32,000 bases of DNA, from positions 7,399-39,398 of the forward strand of contig DAOVER010000028.1 in NCBI GenBank assembly GCA_030668875.1, read 5' to 3'. Below the pieces are notes generated by a model. It was not told the DNA's origin. It did no database searches and saw only the letters and a program-made list of their open reading frames with translations. Source of the DNA: Candidatus Heimdallarchaeota archaeon. Its GTDB lineage: Archaea; Asgardarchaeota; Heimdallarchaeia; Heimdallarchaeales; Heimdallarchaeaceae. Positions 1 through 9,069 of this stretch are shown here, in pieces. The translations under genes were made by a program, and so were the position numbers. Positions within the stretch are counted from its first letter, which is position 1. Each line of letters starts with the position of its first letter.

Positions 1-1225
1 TTGCAGAGTTCATTGTATACATTGTAGTAGCTGAAATTGTTGCAAAGTAGATGATGAAAGTCAGTGAAAGGATTATAATTAACCACCATTGTCCTAATGT
101 AGCAGCCCTAACCAAGGGTATTCTTAGTAAGTATATTATTGCATAGAATATTCCAAGAAAATAAAATGAAGTTGCAGCTACAACCAAAAGAGAAGAAAGC
201 ACAATATCGAGGGATTGTCTTAATTTCAGTTTTCTTTTGAGAGTATGTTTGATTAATTTACCAGCATAATCATGCATTATCCCTGATTGACCTGTGAACC
301 ATCTAAAGAGTTGGCTGATTTGGTGTGCCATAGTTTCTGGAACCAATGACATAGATCCTATTTCATCAAGGAAATAGCCTTTCTTTCCTTCCATTATTAA
401 ATTAACAGAATGGTCAAAATCTTCTGTCATTTTCCCTTCAGGAATTGGATAGGCGTAATCTCTTCTGAAACAGGCTGTAGAGCCACTGTAAAGAACAGTT
501 CCGATTTTCCGTCTAGCGTTTTCAGAGCAAAATTGTTGAGTTAAACTCATTGCTTCCCAAACATGTAAGAAGTTTGTAACATTTCTAAATCCAAACTTTG
601 CTTGAATAAATGCAAATTCTGGATATTGGTCCATTATAGCAGCAAATTTTGCCAGAATATCTGGTTTTGGAATATGATCAACATCAAAAAATGCGATAAC
701 ATCTCCACTAGTTTTTGGTATAACAAGGTTTAACATATGCGCTTTAAACCTATCATTTTCTTCATAATAGTAAATCGCATTGTGTTTCTCACTTAGTTGT
801 TTGCTCTGTTCTCTTAAATTTTCATCTGGACTATCATCAGCGACCCAAACCTCGTAATTGGAATATGTTTGTTCTGTGAAACCAATCAAGGTTTCTTCTA
901 ATACAATTGGTTGAACATTATGGATAGGAACAATAACACTAATCTTTGTTTTTCCAGTTAATGCTTCTAAATTATAAGGAATTTCACCAACACGTAACAC
1001 CCCGTCAATTAGTTGAATAGCAAAATAAAGAGCAATAAAGAAACTGATAACTTCTATTATAAGAGCTAAGATATTTAGAATCATCCCCCCTACAGTCAAT
1101 GGTTCATGAGTACCAATGTTAAGAATAATATTGATGAGAGACCAAACAAAATATGTTGCAATGGAACAATATAATATATAACCAATGATATGATTAATTC
1201 GGCTCCAGATTAATCTTCTATGCAT
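1..1225 (-). CDS. Processive GT2 glycosyltransferase (cellulose-synthase-like), paralog A; 3' end runs off the window
   Basis: Not in the ORF track. Hand translation from ATG at 1225 gives an open frame to base 1 (MHRRLIWSRINH...) with ADDS, FDVDH, TED and QLFRW motifs, colinear with 1360-2985. Confidence 0.9.
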   Translation of the reverse strand, partial: MHRRLIWSRINHIIGYILYCSIATYFVWSLINIILNIGTHEPLTVGGMILNILALIIEVISFFIALYFAIQLIDGVLRVGEIPYNLEALTGKTKISVIVPIHNVQPIVLEETLIGFTEQTYSNYEVWVADDSPDENLREQSKQLSEKHNAIYYYEENDRFKAHMLNLVIPKTSGDVIAFFDVDHIPKPDILAKFAAIMDQYPEFAFIQAKFGFRNVTNFLHVWEAMSLTQQFCSENARRKIGTVLYSGSTACFRRDYAYPIPEGKMTEDFDHSVNLIMEGKKGYFLDEIGSMSLVPETMAHQISQLFRWFTGQSGIMHDYAGKLIKHTLKRKLKLRQSLDIVLSSLLVVAATSFYFLGIFYAIIYLLRIPLVRAATLGQWWLIIILSLTFIIYFATISATTMYTMNSA

Positions 1226-1359
1226 AAACAAGGTTAGTGCAGAAGGATATTTAAATATTCAGACTTGAATTTAAGTTTCTAATAGCCAATAAAACAGAAA
1301 GAATGCTTAAGTCACAAGAAAGATTAGTTTACTTATATTTCTATCCTACCAATAAATAG

Positions 1360-2985
1360 TTAATGGTAAATATGCTTGTCCTCATATATTTTAGTTTTAA
1401 AATGTTTTTTTGTTATTGCCATGAAAGGCAAGCAAAATGTTAGAGTAAAACCAACCAAAGCGAACAACAAAAAGAAGAAATTTCGATAATAAGGTGCAGG
1501 AAGATAACAAAAACTTAGAGTATAATAGTAACATAATTGTTGTAAAATCGAATCAACTGTCAGATACAAGAAGAATAAACCAGCGACAGTATATATAGAT
1601 GCAATACGGAAAATTGGTATCTTCTTATTCCACATTGTTTTGCCTGGAATAAGCTTGTTTTGACCAATTAAGCCTCTAAATGCTGGGATAATGTAAAAGG
1701 GTGAAATCATACTACCAAAGGATAGGAAAAATGGTATGTGCCAATATTTCAGTGGAAAGGAAGCTGAATTCATTGAATATATTGTAGTTGCTGTTATTGT
1801 AGCTAGATAAATTATAGCTGTTAACGCTGTAATTATTATTAACCAGATATGACCTAAATCCCATGCCCTAACTAATGGAATTCTTGCAAAGTAAATGATA
1901 CCGTAAAGAACACTTAATGTGTAAAATGAAGTTGCTCCAACCACAAGAAATGAAGAAAAAGCAATGTCAATTGCTTGTTGCAATTTTATTTTTCTCTGAA
2001 AAACAAGTTTAACCAATCTACCTGCATAATCAAACATAGCTCCAGATTGACCAGTAAACCATCTGAACGATTGTGAAATCTGATGAGCCATAGTATCTGG
2101 AACTAAAGACATAGATCCTATCTCATCTAAGAAATATCCTTTCTTATTGTTGAAAATTAAATTCAAGGATAAATCATAATCTTCTGTCATTTTTTCTTCA
2201 GGTATTGGAAAACAATCTTCTCTTCGAAAAATTGCTGTTGTACCATTATAGAGAACTGTGTTAATTTTCCTTCTAGCGTTTTCAGAACAAAAAGCTTGCA
2301 TCAAACCCATAGCTTCCCAAATATGCAGACGATTTTCTACATTTCTGAAACCGAATTTTGCTTGAATAAAAGAATATTCTGGATACTGTTCCATAATAGC
2401 TACAAATTTATCAAGAATTCCTGAAGTTGGGATATGATCAACATCGAAAAAAGCAATTAAGCTACCTTTGGTTTTGGGAATAACAATGTTTAACATACCA
2501 GATTTGAAACGTTTATTATCTTCAAAATAATATTTTACATCATATTTCTCGCAAACTTTCTTACAAGCTAATCTTAGATCTTCATTTGGACTATCATCAG
2601 CAACCCAAAGATCGAAATTTGGATATGTCTGAAGACTAAATCCTTTAATTGTTTCCTCTAAAACGCTCGCATGAACATTATGAATAGGAACGATTACACT
2701 AACTTTTGTTTCACCAGTGATTTTATCAACATCATATGAAAATTCTCCGACTTTTAGAACTCCATCTATCAATTGTATTGCAAAATAAAGAGCGAAAACA
2801 AACCCAAAAATCTCAACAAATAAAGCAAGTATGTTGAGTATTTGACCTCCTACAGTCAATGGTTCATGTGTACCAATGTCAAGTAAAATATTGATGAGAG
2901 ACCAAACTAAATATGCTGCAATGAAACAATACAATATAAAACCAATAAAGTGGTTCACTCTACTCCAGGATGTTCTTCGAATCAT
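1360..2985 (-). CDS. Processive GT2 glycosyltransferase (cellulose-synthase-like), paralog B
   Basis: D,D,D,QxxRW signature (ADDS, FDVDH, TED, QSFRW); 2 N-terminal and several C-terminal hydrophobic segments. Confidence 0.88.
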   Translation of the reverse strand: MIRRTSWSRVNHFIGFILYCFIAAYLVWSLINILLDIGTHEPLTVGGQILNILALFVEIFGFVFALYFAIQLIDGVLKVGEFSYDVDKITGETKVSVIVPIHNVHASVLEETIKGFSLQTYPNFDLWVADDSPNEDLRLACKKVCEKYDVKYYFEDNKRFKSGMLNIVIPKTKGSLIAFFDVDHIPTSGILDKFVAIMEQYPEYSFIQAKFGFRNVENRLHIWEAMGLMQAFCSENARRKINTVLYNGTTAIFRREDCFPIPEEKMTEDYDLSLNLIFNNKKGYFLDEIGSMSLVPDTMAHQISQSFRWFTGQSGAMFDYAGRLVKLVFQRKIKLQQAIDIAFSSFLVVGATSFYTLSVLYGIIYFARIPLVRAWDLGHIWLIIITALTAIIYLATITATTIYSMNSASFPLKYWHIPFFLSFGSMISPFYIIPAFRGLIGQNKLIPGKTMWNKKIPIFRIASIYTVAGLFFLYLTVDSILQQLCYYYTLSFCYLPAPYYRNFFFLLFALVGFTLTFCLPFMAITKKHFKTKIYEDKHIYH

Positions 2986-3062
2986 GAAGTGATTAAAAAA
3001 GAATTGCTATTTAAATCTTGATACATAGATACTAAAAACAAATCCTCACAAAATCAACTAAG

Positions 3063-3070
3063 TTATAAAT
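3063..3070 (+). promoter_or_regulatory. TATA-like box for pps (probably leaderless transcript)
   Basis: TTATAAAT about 23-30 nt upstream of ATG 3093, the start that matches the family N-terminus (MAIPDNHPR). Confidence 0.45.
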
Positions 3071-3092
3071 AACTAAATTCATGTTATTTAAG

Positions 3093-3878
3093 ATGGCAAT
3101 TCCAGATAATCATCCTAGAGCAGAATCATTGCGAATACGCGAAAGAATCATAGAGGGTATGCATGAAAAAGTGGTTGCTGAAGCAGGACTAATAGCTCAT
3201 GGTCGTGGGGAAGCTTACGATTATTTGTTAGGAGAAAAAACACCAAACTATGCTCAAAAGCAACAAGAGGTTGCAGTTGCTATGTTATTAACGTCAAAAA
3301 AACCTGTGATTAGTGTTAACGGAAATATAGCAGCTCTCTGTCCAAAAGAAATAGTTCAGTTTGCTGAGACTACTAGAGCAGCACTTGAAATTAATTTATT
3401 CTATAGAAGCGAGGAGAGAATTAAAGCAATTACTAGTGTTTTGAAAGAAGCGGGAGCAAAAACAATTCTTGGTGCTGATCCTGAATATCATGAGACTTTA
3501 GAAGAGATATCGCATTTAAGAAGAATAGTTGATATCAGAGGTATATATTCTGCCGATGTAGTTCTTGTTCCGCTTGAAGATGGAGACAGAACCATGGCAC
3601 TTCGAAGAGCAGGTAAAAAAGTGATAACGGTTGACCTGAATCCCCTTTCTAGAACTTCTCTATGGTCTAATATCTCGATTGTTAATAATGTTACTAGAGC
3701 AATACCAGAGATGATTGAGGAATCCTTTAAGCTAAAGGAGAAAAACTCTGATGAATTAAAAGATTTAATAAATGACTTTGACAATTATAAATCACTTCAA
3801 GAATCGCTTAATTTCATGTCTTCAAGATTAAGAGATTTAGCTGAAGGAAAATTGGAAGACCCAACAAAAAACCTATGA
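3093..3878 (+). CDS. pps: Archaeal 4-phosphopantoate--beta-alanine ligase (phosphopantothenate synthetase)
   Basis: HPRxxSL, IAHGRGEAYDYLLGE, ISVNGN, VPLEDGDRT and DLNPLSRT motifs. The ORF track starts at 3081; 3093 is preferred. Confidence 0.93.
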   Translation: MAIPDNHPRAESLRIRERIIEGMHEKVVAEAGLIAHGRGEAYDYLLGEKTPNYAQKQQEVAVAMLLTSKKPVISVNGNIAALCPKEIVQFAETTRAALEINLFYRSEERIKAITSVLKEAGAKTILGADPEYHETLEEISHLRRIVDIRGIYSADVVLVPLEDGDRTMALRRAGKKVITVDLNPLSRTSLWSNISIVNNVTRAIPEMIEESFKLKEKNSDELKDLINDFDNYKSLQESLNFMSSRLRDLAEGKLEDPTKNL

Positions 3879-3888
3879 GTTGTAAAAA

Positions 3889-4692
3889 ATGATTAAGAAA
3901 GTTACTATAAAAAATCTTCAGAAAATGAAGGAGGAAGGAGAAAAAATCACTATGATTTCAGTTTATACCTATCCTTTGTCTAAGATAATAGATCAGATGG
4001 GTATTGACACTATTTTAGTTGGAGATTCATTAGGTATGACTATTCTTGGTTTTGAAGATACACTTAAGGTAACTTTAGAAGATATGATACGTCATACTCA
4101 AGCTGTTTCTAGAGGAGCAGAACGCGCTCTTGTGATTGGTGATTTACCCTTTCTTTCCTACGGATTAAGCAAAGAAGAGACAATTAAACATGCAGGAATG
4201 CTAATCAAAGAAGGAAATTGCCAAGCGGTGAAATTAGAAGGTGGAGAAGAAAGAACAGAAGAGATTCAAGCACTTTTGGAAATCGGAGTTCCAGTGATGG
4301 GACATATAGGTTTAACTCCAACTTATGTGAACAAATTCGGTGGATTCAAAGTACAAGGTAAATCACAAATAGCAGAAACCAAACTTCTAGAAGATGCTAT
4401 CAAGCTGGAAGATGCTGGAGTATTCTCTATAGTTATAGAATCTGTCCCTTGGAAATTAGCCAAACAGATAACAGAAGAACTTACAATACCAACCATTGGA
4501 ATAGGAGCAGGTGAATACTGTGATGGTCAAGTTCTCGTAATTGATGACTTGATTGGGCTATCTCTAATTGATAAGCCAAAATTTGTTAAGAAATATGCTA
4601 ACGTCCAAGAAATTGTGAAGAAAGCAGTAAAGGATTTTATCAACGAAGTTAAAGAAGGAAAATATCCTTCAGAAGAATTTAGATATGGTTAG
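3889..4692 (+). CDS. panB: 3-methyl-2-oxobutanoate hydroxymethyltransferase
   Basis: LVGDSLG, AVKLEGG, VMGHIGLTP and GIGAGxxCDGQVLV motifs. Confidence 0.96.
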   Translation: MIKKVTIKNLQKMKEEGEKITMISVYTYPLSKIIDQMGIDTILVGDSLGMTILGFEDTLKVTLEDMIRHTQAVSRGAERALVIGDLPFLSYGLSKEETIKHAGMLIKEGNCQAVKLEGGEERTEEIQALLEIGVPVMGHIGLTPTYVNKFGGFKVQGKSQIAETKLLEDAIKLEDAGVFSIVIESVPWKLAKQITEELTIPTIGIGAGEYCDGQVLVIDDLIGLSLIDKPKFVKKYANVQEIVKKAVKDFINEVKEGKYPSEEFRYG

Positions 4693-5586
4693 TTAGAGTT
4701 TCTTAACTGTTAAATTACATATTGTTTCTTGCACAAGGTTAGGATGATCAGGTAAGTCATCAGGATCTTTGTATAGGATAAATATTCCATCCCCTAACAT
4801 TATTTGACTAATAATGAGATTTTCAGTTTTATACCTATTCGTGAAATCTATAACATTTGGAGTGGCTAACATAGAAGAAATAGCGAATTGTTCAGAGGCT
4901 AGACCAAAGTTCCTGATTGTTGGTTCATCGACTATTTCTTGGAGAAATAATTTACCTACACTGTTGATTTTTTCTTTCCATTTCTTATTCTTTATAATCG
5001 ATTTTGTGCTCATTTCACCAAAAGATAGAGTTGCCACCTTGTATTGATTACTGAGTAGGTTTTCTGCTTTTCCGATAAAAGGAGCACCTTCTAAGGTTCG
5101 GTATTCCCAGCCTCCTTTGTGTAGTGCTAGAACATCTCCCAACCCCCCACCTTCAATAATTTCAGCAGTATGTGCAATTTGATATAGTTCTTGTTCATTC
5201 AGACTAAGTTTCAATAGATCATTAAGTGCAAATGCACAGCTTAGAGCTCCAGATGCACTTGCACCATATCCAGCTGATAAAGGAATCTCAAATTCATGAT
5301 GAATTGAAACGCCAAATTCACCTCCATTATTTGATTGAGCTAATTTCATACAATGATTGAGTACATATCTTGAGATATTTGCGAGCTTTACATCTACTTC
5401 TTTTTTATTGAAAAAAAAGTGATTTTCATTATCCTCGGAAAATCTAACTGTTGTGGTTGTTCCTCGAGATATTGAAAATCCAGCTCCTCGGGATCCTCTT
5501 CTCAATGGGTCTATGTTTTCATCATAGATTGCAAAGAGACCCGAAATATGAGAAGCTACCCAATAGTTTGTCATTTGATCACTCAT
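4693..5586 (-). CDS. pok: Pantoate kinase (GHMP family)
   Basis: N-terminal HISGLF...GSRGAG, GHMP loop PLSAGYGASASGA and GLGDV; sits in the CoA cluster. Confidence 0.88.
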   Translation of the reverse strand: MSDQMTNYWVASHISGLFAIYDENIDPLRRGSRGAGFSISRGTTTTVRFSEDNENHFFFNKKEVDVKLANISRYVLNHCMKLAQSNNGGEFGVSIHHEFEIPLSAGYGASASGALSCAFALNDLLKLSLNEQELYQIAHTAEIIEGGGLGDVLALHKGGWEYRTLEGAPFIGKAENLLSNQYKVATLSFGEMSTKSIIKNKKWKEKINSVGKLFLQEIVDEPTIRNFGLASEQFAISSMLATPNVIDFTNRYKTENLIISQIMLGDGIFILYKDPDDLPDHPNLVQETICNLTVKKL

Positions 5587-6560
5587 AACAACGATTTGAA
5601 TTCTAAAATGGCTAATTCTTCAGGTTCACTTCTATCAGAGAGTGTTTTTATTATAGAAACAAGCTTAGAATTAATTGGTGCCTCTACATTTTCGCGTTTG
5701 CTGATTTCTAGAAATTTCCCATTAAGATAATCTATTTCAGTTTGAACGCCTTTTTCGAGATCCTGAAGCATAGAACATTTATTATCTGAAGTAGTTCGAG
5801 CAATTTTATTAATAGTTTCAAGAGCATCTGATCTGGATATAGTCATCATATTTGCAAGAATTGCTATGAGTTCATCTACAATTCTTTCAATGAGATCTAG
5901 AAGTTGTTTGTCTTTGAGGATATCTCCGTTTTTCAGTTTTGTAATAGAACCAATAGGATTGATAGTCGAATTTACTATTGCTTTGAGATAGTAGTGATAT
6001 GCAAAATTGTTATTCAAGTCTTCAGGAATTAAGGCTTCCAAACCTATAGATAACAACAATGTTTTCCATTTCTCTATTTCTTTAACATCAGTATAATTAA
6101 TAACTCCAAGTTTAGTTTCCCCGATAGCTATTTCAGTAACACACTCTTCACCTCGAAATGCACCTATAGATGATACTGCACGAGTAATCTTCCAATCTTT
6201 TTCTTTTTCAGTAAAAGGTTTCTCAACATCAATACCGTTTTGAAATAGCAAAATAGATGAATCATCATCCATATAATCGACTAGATAATCAGCTAAAACT
6301 TGATTATTATATGCTTTTGTTGCTACAATACACTGCTTGAACTTGCTTTTTTCAGGAAGAAACTCATACACTTCTGCCTTATGTAATTTAGGAGCTTCAT
6401 CTGAAATTAATTGGACAAATAATCCTCTTGTACTTATATCTTTGGTTCCTCTTTTGGAAGTCAAACATACTAGTGTTGCATTCTTTCTCTCTAAACGAGA
6501 AAAAAGTATAGAACCAATAGCTCCTAATCCAGCGATAAGAATTGTGTTTTTCCTACTCAC
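5583..6560 (-). CDS. panE: 2-dehydropantoate (ketopantoate) reductase
   Basis: GLGAIG Rossmann motif, TKAY, FQNG and SMLQDLxxGxxTEIDYLNG; overlaps the pok start by 4 nt. Confidence 0.92.
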   Translation of the reverse strand: MSRKNTILIAGLGAIGSILFSRLERKNATLVCLTSKRGTKDISTRGLFVQLISDEAPKLHKAEVYEFLPEKSKFKQCIVATKAYNNQVLADYLVDYMDDDSSILLFQNGIDVEKPFTEKEKDWKITRAVSSIGAFRGEECVTEIAIGETKLGVINYTDVKEIEKWKTLLLSIGLEALIPEDLNNNFAYHYYLKAIVNSTINPIGSITKLKNGDILKDKQLLDLIERIVDELIAILANMMTISRSDALETINKIARTTSDNKCSMLQDLEKGVQTEIDYLNGKFLEISKRENVEAPINSKLVSIIKTLSDRSEPEELAILEFKSLL

Positions 6561-6684
6561 AGAATAGAATAATTGTCAGCTTAATATAAGGTTTTTTTAG
6601 AGTTCACCTATTATATCATGAAATTAGAACCATTTATAGGTAAAATAAAAAATAAAAAATTAGAAATAGAAGAAAAAGGAAAAT

Positions 6685-7176
6685 TTATTCTTGTGACTCT
6701 TCTCTAACAACATGATGATCAAAATTGAAGTCGTTCTTGTAGCCTTTATACCTATCAATTAGAGCCATAGCGTTGTCTTCTTCCTCAACTTGTTCCTCAA
6801 TGAACCATAGTAATAAGGGGAGAGTAGAGTATTCTTTGATTTCTTGTGCAAGTTCATATAATTCATTAATCTTACTTGTAATGAACTGCTCATGTTCCAA
6901 TGTAGCTTCTAATATTTCCATAATATTAGACCAATCTTGTTTTTGTTCTCTCAATACGGGGTAATGTACTTTTCCTCCTCTTTCAAGTATATGAGATTTA
7001 AACTTCATTGCGTGAGCAAATTCTTCTTTTGCTTGATTTGCAAACCAATCCGCTAGTTTAACTAGAGTTCTTTCTTCAAACCAGTTTGACATTCCTAAAT
7101 AGATATATGCTGATTCTAGCTCATCTCCAATCTGTTTATTGAGAGCTTCATTCATTTTCTCGCTGATATTTGCCAT
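6685..7176 (-). CDS. ftnA: Non-heme ferritin
   Basis: Ferroxidase ligands ELESAYIY, EEFAH, HEQFIT and WFIEEQVEEE; 163 aa. Confidence 0.92.
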   Translation of the reverse strand: MANISEKMNEALNKQIGDELESAYIYLGMSNWFEERTLVKLADWFANQAKEEFAHAMKFKSHILERGGKVHYPVLREQKQDWSNIMEILEATLEHEQFITSKINELYELAQEIKEYSTLPLLLWFIEEQVEEEDNAMALIDRYKGYKNDFNFDHHVVREESQE

Positions 7177-7292
7177 TGTTAAAACCTAACTTTATTCTGA
7201 GATTTTATTAGAAAGAGTGTTTTTAAATAATAACATTGTGCAAGTTTTGTGTACACCTTAGAAACTTGAAGAAAAACGTTGATAGCCATAAA

Positions 7293-7302
7293 TTTATTTA
7301 AA
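7293..7302 (+). promoter_or_regulatory. TATA-like box upstream of coaBC
   Basis: TTTATTTAAA ending 20 nt before ATG 7323. Confidence 0.4.
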
Positions 7303-7322
7303 TCTTAGATAATTGATTATAT

Positions 7323-8555
7323 ATGTCACACCCATCAAGTTCAATCATTGGAACAGAAGGAAATGAGCTTCAGGATAAGGTAGTTATTCATTGTATAACA
7401 AGTTCGATTTCGTGTTTTCTTGCTCCCCAGATATCAAGAAAGTTGATGAGACATGGGGCTAGAGTTATTCCAGTCTTATCCCCAGAAGCAGCGAAGTTTG
7501 TAGACCCCATGATTTTTGAGTGGGCTACAGGAGAGGTTCCTATAACTGAAATCAAAGGTAAAGTTGAGCACGTAAAATATGCTGGTCTTGCTGAAGAGGG
7601 AGCAGATCTTATTTTAGTAGCTCCAATTACTGCCAATTCGATTTCCAAAATAGCTAATGGTATAATGGATACAGTTGTATCTTTAATGACAGGAACAGCT
7701 TTAGGAAATAAAATCCCGGTTATTATGGTTCCTACTATGCATGAAGTAATGATGCATAATCCAGCAATTGAAGAAAATATTGATAAACTGAAGAATATGG
7801 GTGTTATTTTTGTTAATCCTAGAGTAGAAGAAGAAAAAGCAAAAATTCCTGAAAATGATGAAATAGTTGATTTTTGCATTAAAGAGATTTACAGTAATTC
7901 GTTAAAAGGTAAGAAGGTTCTCATAAATGCTGGACCGACTCGAGCATATATTGACGGTATAAGGTTCATATCAAATCCTTCTTCTGGTAAAATGGGATAT
8001 GCTTTAGCTTTAGAATCTTGGTGGAGAGGAGCTGAGGTTAAGTTAATTTATGGAACCACACTCTTACCACCACCGAAGGTTATTGAAGATAAAGTAAAGG
8101 TCACATCAGCTCCTGAAATGTATGATCAAGTGATGAATGCACTCAAAGAAGACCAGTATGATTATGTTATTCTAGCAGCTGCAATGAATGATTTTGAACT
8201 TGAAGAAGTACGTAATGGGAAAATATCTTCTACATCAGATTTAGAGATTAAACTAAAACCAACTAAGAAATTAGCAGATGTAGTTAAGGAAACATCACCC
8301 ATTTCACAACTAATCCTTTTCAAAGCAGAGTATAAGAAATCAGATGAAGAGTTAAAAGAAATAGCAACAAAGCGTATGCAAAATGCTAATGCAGATCTGA
8401 TAGTTGCTAACGATGTTTCAAAGAAGCAATATGGTTTTGAGAGCGATCTAAACAAGGTATTGATTATACCATTTGAAGGAGAATTTCAGGAGAAAGAAGG
8501 GACTAAACTACAGATTGCTAAATGGATATTGGATGCAATTGAGAAAATAGAATAG
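7323..8555 (+). CDS. coaBC: Bifunctional phosphopantothenoylcysteine decarboxylase/synthetase (archaeal Dfp)
   Basis: APITANSISKIANG, PTMHEVM, archaeal-type PRVEEEKAK in place of the bacterial ACGxxG loop, and GPTxxxIDxxRFISNxSSGKMG. Confidence 0.95.
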   Translation: MSHPSSSIIGTEGNELQDKVVIHCITSSISCFLAPQISRKLMRHGARVIPVLSPEAAKFVDPMIFEWATGEVPITEIKGKVEHVKYAGLAEEGADLILVAPITANSISKIANGIMDTVVSLMTGTALGNKIPVIMVPTMHEVMMHNPAIEENIDKLKNMGVIFVNPRVEEEKAKIPENDEIVDFCIKEIYSNSLKGKKVLINAGPTRAYIDGIRFISNPSSGKMGYALALESWWRGAEVKLIYGTTLLPPPKVIEDKVKVTSAPEMYDQVMNALKEDQYDYVILAAAMNDFELEEVRNGKISSTSDLEIKLKPTKKLADVVKETSPISQLILFKAEYKKSDEELKEIATKRMQNANADLIVANDVSKKQYGFESDLNKVLIIPFEGEFQEKEGTKLQIAKWILDAIEKIE

Positions 8556-8560
8556 ATCAT

Positions 8561-9031
8561 TTATTCAACATTTTTTCCTGAAAGATATATACTAGAAAAT
8601 TGAAATCTAAAACTCTCTGGCAAATATTTTTTCAAGTTTTTCAAGTTTATGAACATCTTTGTAAAATGCTTTAAATCTTGATTTTCTATAGCTTCATCTA
8701 ATGTTATCCAATCAAACTCTGAATGTTCCCAATCAAGTTTAACATCTCCAGTGATGTATTTACAGTAGTAGGAGATGAAGACCATAGGAAACTCTTTACT
8801 ACCTCTATAAAAGAAACCAGTATCAACTGGCATTATAACTTCCACATCTAAACCAGTTTCTTCTTTAACTTCTCGCACAATTCCTACATTAGGAGATTCT
8901 TCAGCTTCTAATCTACCTGTGACAGTTTCCCAAGCATTAGGTCCAAAATCTCTTTCTGATGATCTCTTCATGATAAGATATTTCCCATCCTTTTCAATTA
9001 AAGCAGCCATCCCAACATAGACTTGTTTCAT
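8561..9031 (-). CDS. Nudix hydrolase (MutT-like)
   Basis: Nudix box GRLEAEESPNVGIVREVKEETGL. Confidence 0.9.
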   Translation of the reverse strand: MKQVYVGMAALIEKDGKYLIMKRSSERDFGPNAWETVTGRLEAEESPNVGIVREVKEETGLDVEVIMPVDTGFFYRGSKEFPMVFISYYCKYITGDVKLDWEHSEFDWITLDEAIENQDLKHFTKMFINLKNLKKYLPESFRFQFSSIYLSGKNVE

Positions 9032-9069
9032 ATCAGATTTTAAAATACAGTTATAATAAATTTTTGTCT

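Noticed and set aside
8561-9031. Nudix gene beside coaBC as a CoA pyrophosphatase.
   Set aside because: It lacks the LLTxRSxxLRxHxGQxxFPGG motif of CoA-specific Nudix enzymes.
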